Part shown: positions 23,523 to 33,772 of the stretch, in pieces
How positions within the stretch are numbered: the first letter of the stretch is position 1
Layout of the letters: each line of letters opens with the position of its first letter
Assembly: GCA_035432945.1 (NCBI GenBank)
Contig: DAORUA010000002.1
Span: 1 to 36,151, forward strand
Source: Vicinamibacteria bacterium
GTDB taxonomy: Bacteria > Acidobacteriota > Vicinamibacteria > Fen-336 > JAGNNV01
Reading direction: 5' to 3'
DNA length: 36,151 bases
The notes under the pieces: generated by a model
What the model was told of the DNA's origin: nothing
Database searches by the model: none
What the model saw: the letters and a program-made list of their open reading frames with translations, nothing else
Made by a program: the position numbers and the translations under genes

Positions 23523-26500
23523 TCAGAAGTAGAACTTGAGCGCGAACTGCATCTCGCGGACGTCGCCGATGGTGGAGGTGATTCTTCCAAACGTCGCCTG
23601 GTTGGCCACGCTCGCGCCGGGCAGGGAGTAGTTCTTCCAGTTGAAGAGATTGAAAGCCTCCACCCGGAATTCGAGCCGGCGGTCTTTTCCGATCGGGAAA
23701 TTGCGGAACAGGGAAGCGTTCATGCTCTTCTGACCCGGGCCGCGAAGGGTGTTCGAGCCGCAGGTTCCGAAGGTGAAGGGCGCCGGTTGAGCGAACTTCG
23801 AGGTATCGAACCACTTGTCGTTGGTCTTCTCGAAGCCGTCGGGCTGGGCGTCGCCCAGGCAATTGGCGCGTATCTGCTGCCCCTGCCCGGTGGTGCCGGA
23901 GGTGTTGGTCGCGGTGGCGGAGAAGGGCCGTCCGGAATTGAGGGAGAGGATGCCGTTCACGCTCCAGTTGTTGAGCACCGCTCCCACGCCGTGGAATTCC
24001 TTGGAGCGCCCCTTGCCCGCGGGAAGCTCGGCCACGAAGCTCAGGACGAAGCGATGGGGGACGTCGAAGGCCACCGGGCCGTAGTCCGCGGCCATGTTGT
24101 AGGCGTTGCCGGGGAAGTTCCCCGAGGCGCCCGAACCGGCGGAGAGGTGGTCGAGGAAGTCGGCCTTGGCGTTGGAGTATGTGTAGGAGGCGGTGAATCC
24201 GAGGCCGCCGGTCATCCGGCGCTGGAGCTTCGTCTGGAGGGCATGGTAGTCGGAGCGGCCGTTCGTCACGATCTGCTCGAGGAAGGCCGTGCCGTAGCCG
24301 TACTGGGCATACGGGAAGACCACGGTCGACGGTCCGGTGATCTGGCCCTGGTTCAGATTGCGAAGTCTCCGGCCGTTGCGGATCAGGTTGCCCACGTACT
24401 CCACGGAGAGAACGGTGTCGGAAAACACCTGGTACTCGGGGCCCGCGCTGAACTGGTAGACGGTCGGCGTCTTCTGGTCCGGGTCCTGGATGCGCCACTG
24501 GAGGAGGGCCGGGTTCACGTTCGCGATGGTCGGGGTGGTGAAGCCGTTCTTGAGGATGAACACCGGCGCGGTATTCGCGTTGGGCGCGGTCACGTTGACG
24601 TCGACCAGCTGAGGCGGGTTCAGGGCCATCTGGGCCTCTGAACCGTAGCGATCACTGTTCTGATAGAACATGCCGAAGCCCGCGCGCATCACCAGCTTCT
24701 CGGAAGCCGAGTAGGAGAGGGACAGCCGGGGCGCGAAGTTGTTCTTGTCGGGATGAACGAGGGTCTGTTCGTACATGCTCCCCGATTCCTTCGCGAGGAT
24801 CCGCTGACCGGTGGCGGGGTCGATATTGGTCAGCTTGTGATCCTCGTCCTGGGTGGGCGTGAAGTACTCGTACCGGATCCCGTAGTTGATCGCCAGCTTG
24901 CTGGTCGGGCGCCAGGAGTCCTGGGCGAAGAACTGGATGCCATCGGTGAAGAGCTTGGCTTCGTGGAAGAGGGTGATGCGCTGCGCGGAGGCCATGCCCA
25001 GGAGGAAGTCGCCGATCCCGGAACCGGTGTAGCGAGCGTCGCTGAAATTGGCGGCGCCGTTCAAGGCGACGAGGTCGATGTACTTGACCTTGTCGCGCCT
25101 TACCTCCGCCCCGAACTTGAAGGAGTGGCTGCCCCGCTGCCAGGTGGTGTTGGCGGAGAACTGGAAGACCTGCGCGGTCTGGAACTGAGGACGGAACGAG
25201 GGGCCGCCGAGCCTCGAGAGGCCGGCGATGTTCATGGCCGCGAGGCCGCCGGTGTAGCGCGGGTCCGCGGGAATGCCGGTGATCCCGTATTCCTTGTTCG
25301 AGTCGGTGCCAAAGGCCTTCTGGAAGGTGTCGCCCTGGATCTTGTTCCAGGCGAGCCGTACCTCGCTGAACATCGACTGTTTCAAGGCGCGCGACCAGCC
25401 GAGGACGGCGCTCTGGCCGGTGATATCGATATCGCTGTTGAAGTCGCCGGACACGATCGGCCCGAGGACGGGGGGCTCGTTGCGCTTGTTGTTGTAGCGG
25501 CTGTAGCGCACGAAGATCGAGTCCTTGCCGCTGTCGCTCGGCTTGCCGTCGAGGCGGATGTCGAAGGAGTTCACGTCGTTCTGGAGGATTCCGTTGCTGA
25601 TGTAGTTGGCGCCCGCCGAGCCGAACCGGCCGGCCTGCCCTTCAATGGCCTGGGCCGCGGGAACGTTGGGCAGGGGATAGAGGTTGATGAGCTTCGCGGA
25701 GATCGGATCGAAGCAGGCGGGGTTGATCGCCTTGGTGGCGGTGTTGACGCAGCCGGGGGTCACGAACGAGTTCGCGGTGAGAGCGCGGGACAACTCGGAG
25801 AGGTCGCCCCGGCGCATGCGCGCGGTGGGGACGGTGGCGAGGTCGGTGACCGCCTTGTCGCTGCGCGTGACCTGGTAGTCGCCGAAGAAGAAGAGCCGGT
25901 TCTTCTTGATCGGTCCGCCCAGGGTGAAGCCCCCGATGTACTGGTTGTACGGCCCCTTCTCACGCCCGGCCGCGATGTTCTCGAAGGTGTTCGCGTTGAA
26001 CTTCTCGTCGCGCAGGAAGCCGAAGACGGTCCCCCGGTAGGCGTTCGTGCCCTGCTTGATGGAGGCGTTGATGACGGCGCCCGCCGATTTGCCGAACTCG
26101 GCGGAATAGGTGCGGGTCTGGACGCGGAACTCCTCGAGCGCATCGACCGGGGGCTGGACCACCTGGGCGGAACGCTCCTGCAGGTTGGTGGAGCCGGAGT
26201 TGTTGTCGGCCCCGTCGAGGGAGTAGTTGTTCCAGGTGCCGGGGTTGCCGTTGGCGTTGAAGGAGGTGTCTTCCCCGAGGGAGGCGAGCTGGCGGCCGCC
26301 GGGAACGACGCCGGTCTGCAGGAGCGAGAGCTCCGCGTAACGGCGGCCGAGGAGGGGCAGGTCGACGAGCTGCTTCTGATCGACCACGTGGCCCATCTCG
26401 CCGGTCTGGGTGTTGAGCAGCGGCGCCTCGCCCACGACCGTCACTTCCTCGGTCATGACGCCTACATCCAGTTTGAAGTCGGCCTGCAGCCGCTCCTGGA

Positions 26501-26831
26501 CGTGGAGCTGAAGGCCGGAACGAACGGCCTTCTTGAAGCCCGACATCTCGGCGGTGATGAGGTACCTGCCGATCTTCAGGTTTGGAAACGTGTACTGGCC
26601 CTTGCTGTTCGTGGTTGCGGTCAGCTTGAAGCCGCTGTCCTCCTGGAGCGCCACCACGGTCGCGCCGGGGAGGGCGCCGCCCTGACTGTCGGTGACCGTG
26701 CCCACGATGGAGCCGGCATCGATCTGGGCCCGGGCGGTCGCGGGCAGGAGAGTCATCGAGGCGGCCAGAGCCAGGGCCAGAGAGGAGGCCAGGGGGAGCG
26801 CGCGCGACGCGGTCCTGAGGAAGGGGTTCAT
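23523..26831 (-). CDS. TonB-dependent receptor with N-terminal carboxypeptidase-regulatory-like domain (paralogue of 14718-17975)
   Basis: Start MNPFLRTASRALPLASSLALALAASMTLLPATARAQ with an AGGAG Shine-Dalgarno. IVGTVTDSQGGALPGATVVA module, LDGADNNS plug region, and a terminal Phe (LKFYF). Confidence 0.85.
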   Translation of the reverse strand: MNPFLRTASRALPLASSLALALAASMTLLPATARAQIDAGSIVGTVTDSQGGALPGATVVALQEDSGFKLTATTNSKGQYTFPNLKIGRYLITAEMSGFKKAVRSGLQLHVQERLQADFKLDVGVMTEEVTVVGEAPLLNTQTGEMGHVVDQKQLVDLPLLGRRYAELSLLQTGVVPGGRQLASLGEDTSFNANGNPGTWNNYSLDGADNNSGSTNLQERSAQVVQPPVDALEEFRVQTRTYSAEFGKSAGAVINASIKQGTNAYRGTVFGFLRDEKFNANTFENIAAGREKGPYNQYIGGFTLGGPIKKNRLFFFGDYQVTRSDKAVTDLATVPTARMRRGDLSELSRALTANSFVTPGCVNTATKAINPACFDPISAKLINLYPLPNVPAAQAIEGQAGRFGSAGANYISNGILQNDVNSFDIRLDGKPSDSGKDSIFVRYSRYNNKRNEPPVLGPIVSGDFNSDIDITGQSAVLGWSRALKQSMFSEVRLAWNKIQGDTFQKAFGTDSNKEYGITGIPADPRYTGGLAAMNIAGLSRLGGPSFRPQFQTAQVFQFSANTTWQRGSHSFKFGAEVRRDKVKYIDLVALNGAANFSDARYTGSGIGDFLLGMASAQRITLFHEAKLFTDGIQFFAQDSWRPTSKLAINYGIRYEYFTPTQDEDHKLTNIDPATGQRILAKESGSMYEQTLVHPDKNNFAPRLSLSYSASEKLVMRAGFGMFYQNSDRYGSEAQMALNPPQLVDVNVTAPNANTAPVFILKNGFTTPTIANVNPALLQWRIQDPDQKTPTVYQFSAGPEYQVFSDTVLSVEYVGNLIRNGRRLRNLNQGQITGPSTVVFPYAQYGYGTAFLEQIVTNGRSDYHALQTKLQRRMTGGLGFTASYTYSNAKADFLDHLSAGSGASGNFPGNAYNMAADYGPVAFDVPHRFVLSFVAELPAGKGRSKEFHGVGAVLNNWSVNGILSLNSGRPFSATATNTSGTTGQGQQIRANCLGDAQPDGFEKTNDKWFDTSKFAQPAPFTFGTCGSNTLRGPGQKSMNASLFRNFPIGKDRRLEFRVEAFNLFNWKNYSLPGASVANQATFGRITSTIGDVREMQFALKFYF

Positions 26832-26873
26832 GGGGATCACTCCTGAAGGGATGGGGGCTCGAACATGGGGTGG

Positions 26874-26890
26874 TGTCAGGCATCCTGACA
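26874..26890. promoter_or_regulatory. 17-bp palindrome TGTCAGG-CAT-CCTGACA in the receptor 2 leader/promoter region
   Basis: 7-bp perfect arms, 43-59 nt upstream of the receptor 2 start codon. It could be an operator, or a -35-like element (CTGACA on the minus strand). Confidence 0.3.
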
Positions 26891-26960
26891 GGCCCCCCGC
26901 CCAGGCCGCTGTCGGTTGTGTGGAAACATTACTCCCAAGGCCCGAAGGTGTCCAGGAGAT

Positions 26961-26972
26961 TGGAACGTTCCA
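26961..26972. promoter_or_regulatory. Candidate operator: perfect 12-bp palindrome TGGAACGTTCCA (copy 2)
   Basis: Identical to 14565-14576. It lies in the divergent spacer between receptor 2 (minus strand) and the gspE-like gene (plus strand). Confidence 0.5.
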
Positions 26973-27054
26973 GCCCCTGCGGTCCAATGGTCCAGCCATC
27001 CATCGAGGCCATCGCGAAGTGCCGGTGACCGGGTGCGCCGATTAGAGTAGGAAC

Positions 27055-28641
27055 ATGACCTCTCCGGAGTCGCCGAGAGAGAGCGCCGCCCAGCACGCCC
27101 AGGCGCTCCGCCTCCCCTTCGTGTCGATCGATCACGACGCCTCCGACCCGGGGCTCTGGGAGGGGCTGAGCCTCGAGACCCTCGTACGCTTCTCCTGCAT
27201 CCCCTACGGCCGCTCGGGCGCGCGACTGGTTCTCGCCTTCGCCCCACCCTTGTCGCTGGAACGGATCTCGGAGACCGAATTCGCGGTGGGCCGGCCGATC
27301 GACGCGGTGGTGGCGACCGCCCAGGACATCGCCGAGGGTCTGCGGCGCAAGCGCGGGGGCGAGACCCTCCTCGACCGCGCGCGCGAGGACCTCGGCTCGG
27401 GCTTCGAACTCGTGTCCGAAGAGGACGGCAAGGTCGTCGATCTCCAGACCATGGCGTCGGAAAGTCCCATCGTCCGGCTGGTCGACACCCTGCTCCTCGG
27501 CGCCATCGAGCGCCGCGCCTCCGACATCCACATCGAGTCGAAGGACCGCGCCGTGCTCGCCAAGTACCGGATCGACGGCGCGCTCTACGAGGCCACCGCG
27601 CCGGTGGAGAAGCGCCACGCCGAGACCATCGTTTCGCGGATCAAGGTCATGGCCGAACTGGACATCGCGGAGCGGCGCATTCCCCAGGACGGCCGCTTCC
27701 GGCTCCGGGTGGGCGGCCGGACCATCGACTTCCGGGTGTCGGTGATGCCCTCCATCCACGGCGAGGACGTGGTCATCCGCATCCTCGACCGCGAGTCCCT
27801 CTCCAAGGAGTTCCAGGAGCTTCGCCTCCAGGCCCTCGGATTCGATGAGGCCCAGCTCGCCACCATCCGGAAATACGTGGCCGAGCCCTACGGCATGATC
27901 CTGGTCACCGGTCCCACGGGCAGCGGCAAGACCACCACCCTCTATGCGGCCCTCAACGAGATCGCGAGCTCCGAGGAGAAGATCGTCACCATCGAGGACC
28001 CGGTCGAGTACCAGATCGCCGCCATCACCCAGGTGCCGGTGAACGAGAAGAAGGGCCTCACCTTCGCGCGCGGCCTCCGCTCCATCCTGCGCCACGATCC
28101 GGACAAGATCATGGTGGGCGAGGTGCGCGATCCCGAGACCGCGCAGATCGCGGTGCAGGCGGCCCTGACCGGCCACCTCGTCTTCACCACCGTGCACGCC
28201 AACAACGTCTTCGACGTGATCGGCCGCTTCCTGCACATGGGAGTCGATCCCTACAACTTTGTCTCCGCCCTCACCCTGGTGCTGGCCCAGCGCCTGGTGC
28301 GCGTGCTGTGCCGCTCCTGCCGGCAGGTGGTTGTGATCTCGGACGCGGAGTGGCGCGCCTCGGGCATCGACCCGATCCGGTTCGCGGGCCACGCGGTCTA
28401 CGACCGCGGGGCCTGCGAGACCTGCGCCTCGAGCGGCTTCTTCGGCCGCCGCGCGGTGGGCGAGCTGCTCGAACTGCACGACGACATCCGCCAGCTCATC
28501 TTGGAACGCCGCCCCGTGGGCGAGATCAAGAAGAAGGCCCGGGGGGCGGGCATGCGCACCCTGCGCGAGGGCGCCATCGACAAGGTCTTCGACGGCACCA
28601 CGAGCCTGCGCGAGATCAACAAGGTGACGTTCGTCGAGTAG
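27055..28641 (+). CDS. GspE/PilB-family type II secretion / type IV pilus assembly ATPase
   Basis: T2SSE_N-like N-terminal domain. Walker A GPTGSGKTT, Asp box IVTIEDPVEY, Walker B IMVGEVRD, His box TGHLVFTTVHAN. Tetracysteine CRSC...CETC zinc motif. Confidence 0.9.
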   Translation: MTSPESPRESAAQHAQALRLPFVSIDHDASDPGLWEGLSLETLVRFSCIPYGRSGARLVLAFAPPLSLERISETEFAVGRPIDAVVATAQDIAEGLRRKRGGETLLDRAREDLGSGFELVSEEDGKVVDLQTMASESPIVRLVDTLLLGAIERRASDIHIESKDRAVLAKYRIDGALYEATAPVEKRHAETIVSRIKVMAELDIAERRIPQDGRFRLRVGGRTIDFRVSVMPSIHGEDVVIRILDRESLSKEFQELRLQALGFDEAQLATIRKYVAEPYGMILVTGPTGSGKTTTLYAALNEIASSEEKIVTIEDPVEYQIAAITQVPVNEKKGLTFARGLRSILRHDPDKIMVGEVRDPETAQIAVQAALTGHLVFTTVHANNVFDVIGRFLHMGVDPYNFVSALTLVLAQRLVRVLCRSCRQVVVISDAEWRASGIDPIRFAGHAVYDRGACETCASSGFFGRRAVGELLELHDDIRQLILERRPVGEIKKKARGAGMRTLREGAIDKVFDGTTSLREINKVTFVE

Positions 28642-28654
28642 AGGAGCGCGCGTC

Positions 28655-29092
28655 TTGAACATCCCGGACAGTCCCGACGACCAGGAAGTCCGCGCCCTTC
28701 TCGATCGCGTGAAACGGATCGCGGTGGTGGGGCTTTCACCCAAGGCGCATCGGGATTCCCACCGGGTCTCCGCCTACATGCAGCGCGCGGGCTACGAGAT
28801 CGTGCCCGTGTACCCGCGTGAGGATGTGATCCTCGGCGCGCGCGTCTATCGCTCGGTCAGCGAGATCGAAGGTCCGGTGGATCTGGTCAACGTCTTCCGC
28901 CGCGCCGAAGAGCTACCCGAGGTGGCCGCGGACATCCTCAGAAGCCCCCATCCCAACGCCCCGCCGGTGTGGTTTCAGCTGGATTGCGTGAACGAGGAAG
29001 CGATCCGGGCGCTGGTGGAAGCGGGAAGGACGGTGATCTACGACCGCTGCATCATGGTCGAACACAGGAGGTTGATGGGCGGAGGCCGGTAG
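28655..29092 (+). CDS. CoA-binding domain protein (YccU/YneT-like)
   Basis: TTG start 13 nt after the gspE-like stop. IAVVGLSPK Rossmann-like motif, VPVYP, and DLVNVFRR, typical of the small CoA-binding family. Confidence 0.75.
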   Translation: MNIPDSPDDQEVRALLDRVKRIAVVGLSPKAHRDSHRVSAYMQRAGYEIVPVYPREDVILGARVYRSVSEIEGPVDLVNVFRRAEELPEVAADILRSPHPNAPPVWFQLDCVNEEAIRALVEAGRTVIYDRCIMVEHRRLMGGGR

Positions 29093-29127
29093 GCCCGGTA
29101 CAAGGGCGGGGGCATGGCCCCCGACCA

Positions 29128-29205
29128 GGGCGAGGCAGGCCTCGCCCCTACGATGCGCGGTGTGTCCGGTGGTTTCGTACCGTAGGGGCCGGGCATGCCC
29201 GGCCC
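29128..29205. repeat. Inverted pair of 25-nt REP-like units (CGTAGGGGC + 8-bp GC hairpin), BIME-like arrangement
   Basis: The reverse complement of 29128-29152 is CGTAGGGGCGAGGCCTGCCTCGCCC, against CGTAGGGGCCGGGCATGCCCGGCCC at 29181-29205. They match at 19 of 25 positions. Four of the six differences form two compensatory stem pairs. Confidence 0.55.
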
Positions 29206-29222
29206 GTCGTGTTATTTCCCCG
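29186..29222. terminator. GC-rich hairpin (GGGCCGGG-CATG-CCCGGCCC) followed on the plus strand by GTCGTGTTATTT; possible terminator in the convergent spacer
   Basis: The stem-loop is a 20-nt perfect palindrome. The plus-strand trailing tract is only moderately T-rich and there is no T-tract on the minus strand. The tract overlaps the secG stop codon. Confidence 0.35.
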
Positions 29223-29631
29223 GGGTGGGGGACGCGGCGGGGGGAACCGTTGCGGCCGACGGCGACGCCACCGCGGCGGGAGCCTCCGGCGCCGGGGAGC
29301 TCGCGGGCGCAAGGGGCATCCCCAGGACGTTCGTGGGAGCGGCGGCCGGGGTCGGGGAGGCCGCGGCCGGGATCGCGTCGAGGACCGAGGCCTGCTTCTG
29401 CTTGAGCACGGCCAGGGAGATGCTGGTGATCATGAAGACCGCGGCGAGGCCGGTGGTCACGCGCGAGAGCAGGGTGGCCGAGCCCCGGGGACCGAAGGCG
29501 GCCTGGGTGCCGCCGCCGCCGAACGCGCTCGCCAGGTCCTGTCCCTTGCCCTGCTGGAGCAGGACCACGGCGATCAGGAAGAAGCACGCAATCAGGTGCA
29601 GGATCAGAACAAGGTAGTAGAGAACGGTCAT
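29212..29631 (-). CDS. secG: Preprotein translocase subunit SecG with an Ala/Pro-rich C-terminal extension
   Basis: Two TM segments flank LLQQGKGQDLASAFGGGG (the SecG signature loop). It lies downstream of tpiA. Confidence 0.85.
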   Translation of the reverse strand: MTVLYYLVLILHLIACFFLIAVVLLQQGKGQDLASAFGGGGTQAAFGPRGSATLLSRVTTGLAAVFMITSISLAVLKQKQASVLDAIPAAASPTPAAAPTNVLGMPLAPASSPAPEAPAAVASPSAATVPPAASPTPGK

Positions 29632-29700
29632 CGCTTTGTTGCCTTATAGCCTCGGGTGCAGTCGTTCGAATCGCCGAAAGAGGGAGAGTATATCGAACTC

Positions 29701-30459
29701 TCAGGTTCGGGAGGCGGCGATGATGCCCAGGAAGGAGGGGGCTTCCAGGCACGCCCCGCCGACGAGGGCCCCGTCCACGTCGGGCTCGGCGATGAGCAGA
29801 GAGGCGTTGTCCGGTTTGACGCTGCCGCCGTAGAGGATCCGGATGACCCGGGCGACGCCGTCGCCATGGGACCGGGCCACCAGCTTCCGTATGAAGGTGT
29901 GGACCTCCTGGGCCTGCCCCGGGGAGGCGGTCTTCCCGGTCCCGATGGCCCAGAACGGCTCGTAGGCCACCACCGAGCGGGCGGCTTCTTCCGGGGTCAC
30001 ATGACGAAGCGCGTGCTCGGTCTGCCTCTCCACCACGTCGAAGGTTCGCGAGGTCTCGCGCTCCTGGAGGGTCTCGCCCACGCACAGGATCGGGATCAGC
30101 GAGTGATCGAGGGCGGCCCGCGCCTTCTTCATGATGGCCTGGTCGGTTTCCCCGAACAGGTGACGGCGCTCCGAGTGGCCCAGGATGACGTGGGTGCAGC
30201 CCACGTCCTTGAGCAGGGCGGGCGAGATCTCGCCGGTGAAGGCCCCCTTCGCCGCTTCGTGCATGGTCTGGGCGGCGAGGCCCACCGCCGATCCCTTCAA
30301 AACCTCGCCCACCGCGGCGAGGGCGGTGAAGGGAGGAGCCAGGGCGACATCGATGTCGCCGAAGTCGCGCACACCGTCGCGCACCGCGGCGGCCAGGGCC
30401 CGCGCCTCGGCGACCGTTTTGTGCATCTTCCAGTTGCCGACGACGAAGGGGCGGGGCAT
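29701..30459 (-). CDS. tpiA: Triosephosphate isomerase
   Basis: VVGNWKMH, ILGHSERR and AYEPFWAIGTG motifs. 252 aa. Confidence 0.95.
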   Translation of the reverse strand: MPRPFVVGNWKMHKTVAEARALAAAVRDGVRDFGDIDVALAPPFTALAAVGEVLKGSAVGLAAQTMHEAAKGAFTGEISPALLKDVGCTHVILGHSERRHLFGETDQAIMKKARAALDHSLIPILCVGETLQERETSRTFDVVERQTEHALRHVTPEEAARSVVAYEPFWAIGTGKTASPGQAQEVHTFIRKLVARSHGDGVARVIRILYGGSVKPDNASLLIAEPDVDGALVGGACLEAPSFLGIIAASRT

Positions 30460-30471
30460 GGTCTTGGGCCC

Positions 30472-31683
30472 CTAACCGCCGGCCGAAGCCGCGCCGGGTT
30501 CATTGTCGAGGCACTCGACGCCGGGCAGGGTGTCGCCCCCGAGAAATTCGAGGGAGGCGCCGCCGCCGGTGGACACGTGGGTGATCTTCTCCATCAGGCC
30601 CGATTCCGCGATCGCGGCCACCGAATCGCCGCCGCCCACGATGGTGGTGGCCTTCGAATCGGCGAGGGCCTTCGCCACCGCGAAGGTGCCCGAGGCGAAG
30701 GGCTTCATCTCGAACACGCCCATGGGGCCGTTCCAGAGCACGAGCGCGGCCTTCTCGATCTCATGTCGGAAGGCGGCCACCGTCTCCGGACCGATGTCGA
30801 GGCCCATCCAACCCTCGGGGGTTTCGTTCACGGGCAGGGTCTTCGTCTCGGCGTCCGCCTTGAAAGCACTCGCCACCACGTGGTCGAAGGGCAGGAGGAT
30901 CTTGCCCTTCCCCGCGTCCAGGAGCTTTCCGGCGAGAGTCACCTTGTCCTCTTCGACCAGGCTCTTGCCCGTCTCGTAGCCGAGGGCCTTGAAGAACGTG
31001 TAGGCCATGCCGCCGCCGATGAGCAGAGTGTCCACCTTTGGCAGCAGGTTCTCGATCACGCCGATCTTGTCCGACACCTTGGCTCCGCCGATGATGGCGA
31101 TGTAGGGCTGCGGGGGCGAGGCGAGGGCCATGCCGAGGTAGTGGATCTCCTTGTCCATCAGGAGGCCCGCGACCCGCTGCTTGACGAACGGCGCCACACC
31201 CGCGGTGGAGGCGTGCGCGCGATGGGCGGTGCCGAAGGCGTCGTTCACGAACACGGTGGCGCCCGAGTCCGCGATGAGCGCTTTCGCGAAGGCGGGATCG
31301 TTCGCCTCCTCCTCGGGGTGGAACCGGACGTTCTCGAGGAGGAGGACGCTCCCGGGCTTCATGGCTTTCGCCCGTTCGCGGACGTCATCGCCGATGCAGT
31401 CTTTCGCGAGGGCGACCTCGCACTTCATCAGTTCGGAGAGACGCTTCGCGACGGGTGCCAGCGACAGGGCCGGGGTGGGGCCCTTCTTCGGACGACCGAG
31501 ATGCGAGGCGAGGACCAGTTCGGCGCCCGCCTGCTGAAGGAACATGAGGGTGGGAAGGGCGGCCCGGATCCTCGTGTCCTCGGTGATCGCCGTTCCCTCC
31601 ATCGGCACGTTGAAGTCCACGCGCACGAAGAGGCGCGCGCCCTTGAGATTCTGGAGGCCCCGGATCGTCTGCTTGGCTGCCAT
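30472..31683 (-). CDS. pgk: Phosphoglycerate kinase
   Basis: Start [39 protein letters not shown] and GGGDS motifs. 403 aa. The upstream ORF extension to 32292 overlaps gap in another frame. Confidence 0.95.
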   Translation of the reverse strand: MAAKQTIRGLQNLKGARLFVRVDFNVPMEGTAITEDTRIRAALPTLMFLQQAGAELVLASHLGRPKKGPTPALSLAPVAKRLSELMKCEVALAKDCIGDDVRERAKAMKPGSVLLLENVRFHPEEEANDPAFAKALIADSGATVFVNDAFGTAHRAHASTAGVAPFVKQRVAGLLMDKEIHYLGMALASPPQPYIAIIGGAKVSDKIGVIENLLPKVDTLLIGGGMAYTFFKALGYETGKSLVEEDKVTLAGKLLDAGKGKILLPFDHVVASAFKADAETKTLPVNETPEGWMGLDIGPETVAAFRHEIEKAALVLWNGPMGVFEMKPFASGTFAVAKALADSKATTIVGGGDSVAAIAESGLMEKITHVSTGGGASLEFLGGDTLPGVECLDNEPGAASAGG

Positions 31684-31733
31684 GATTTCCTTCTTTCCCC
31701 GCCTGCGGTGCGGCGGGACGCGAGGGGTTGCGG

Positions 31734-33763
<2,030 letters not shown>

Positions 33764-33772
33764 GCGGCGCCC

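Noticed and set aside
29664-29672. GTTCGAATC, matching the tRNA T-loop consensus, in the tpiA-secG spacer.
   Set aside because: The flanking bases (AGTCG / GCCGA) do not form a T-stem. The 69-bp spacer cannot accommodate acceptor, D and anticodon arms. This is not a tRNA.
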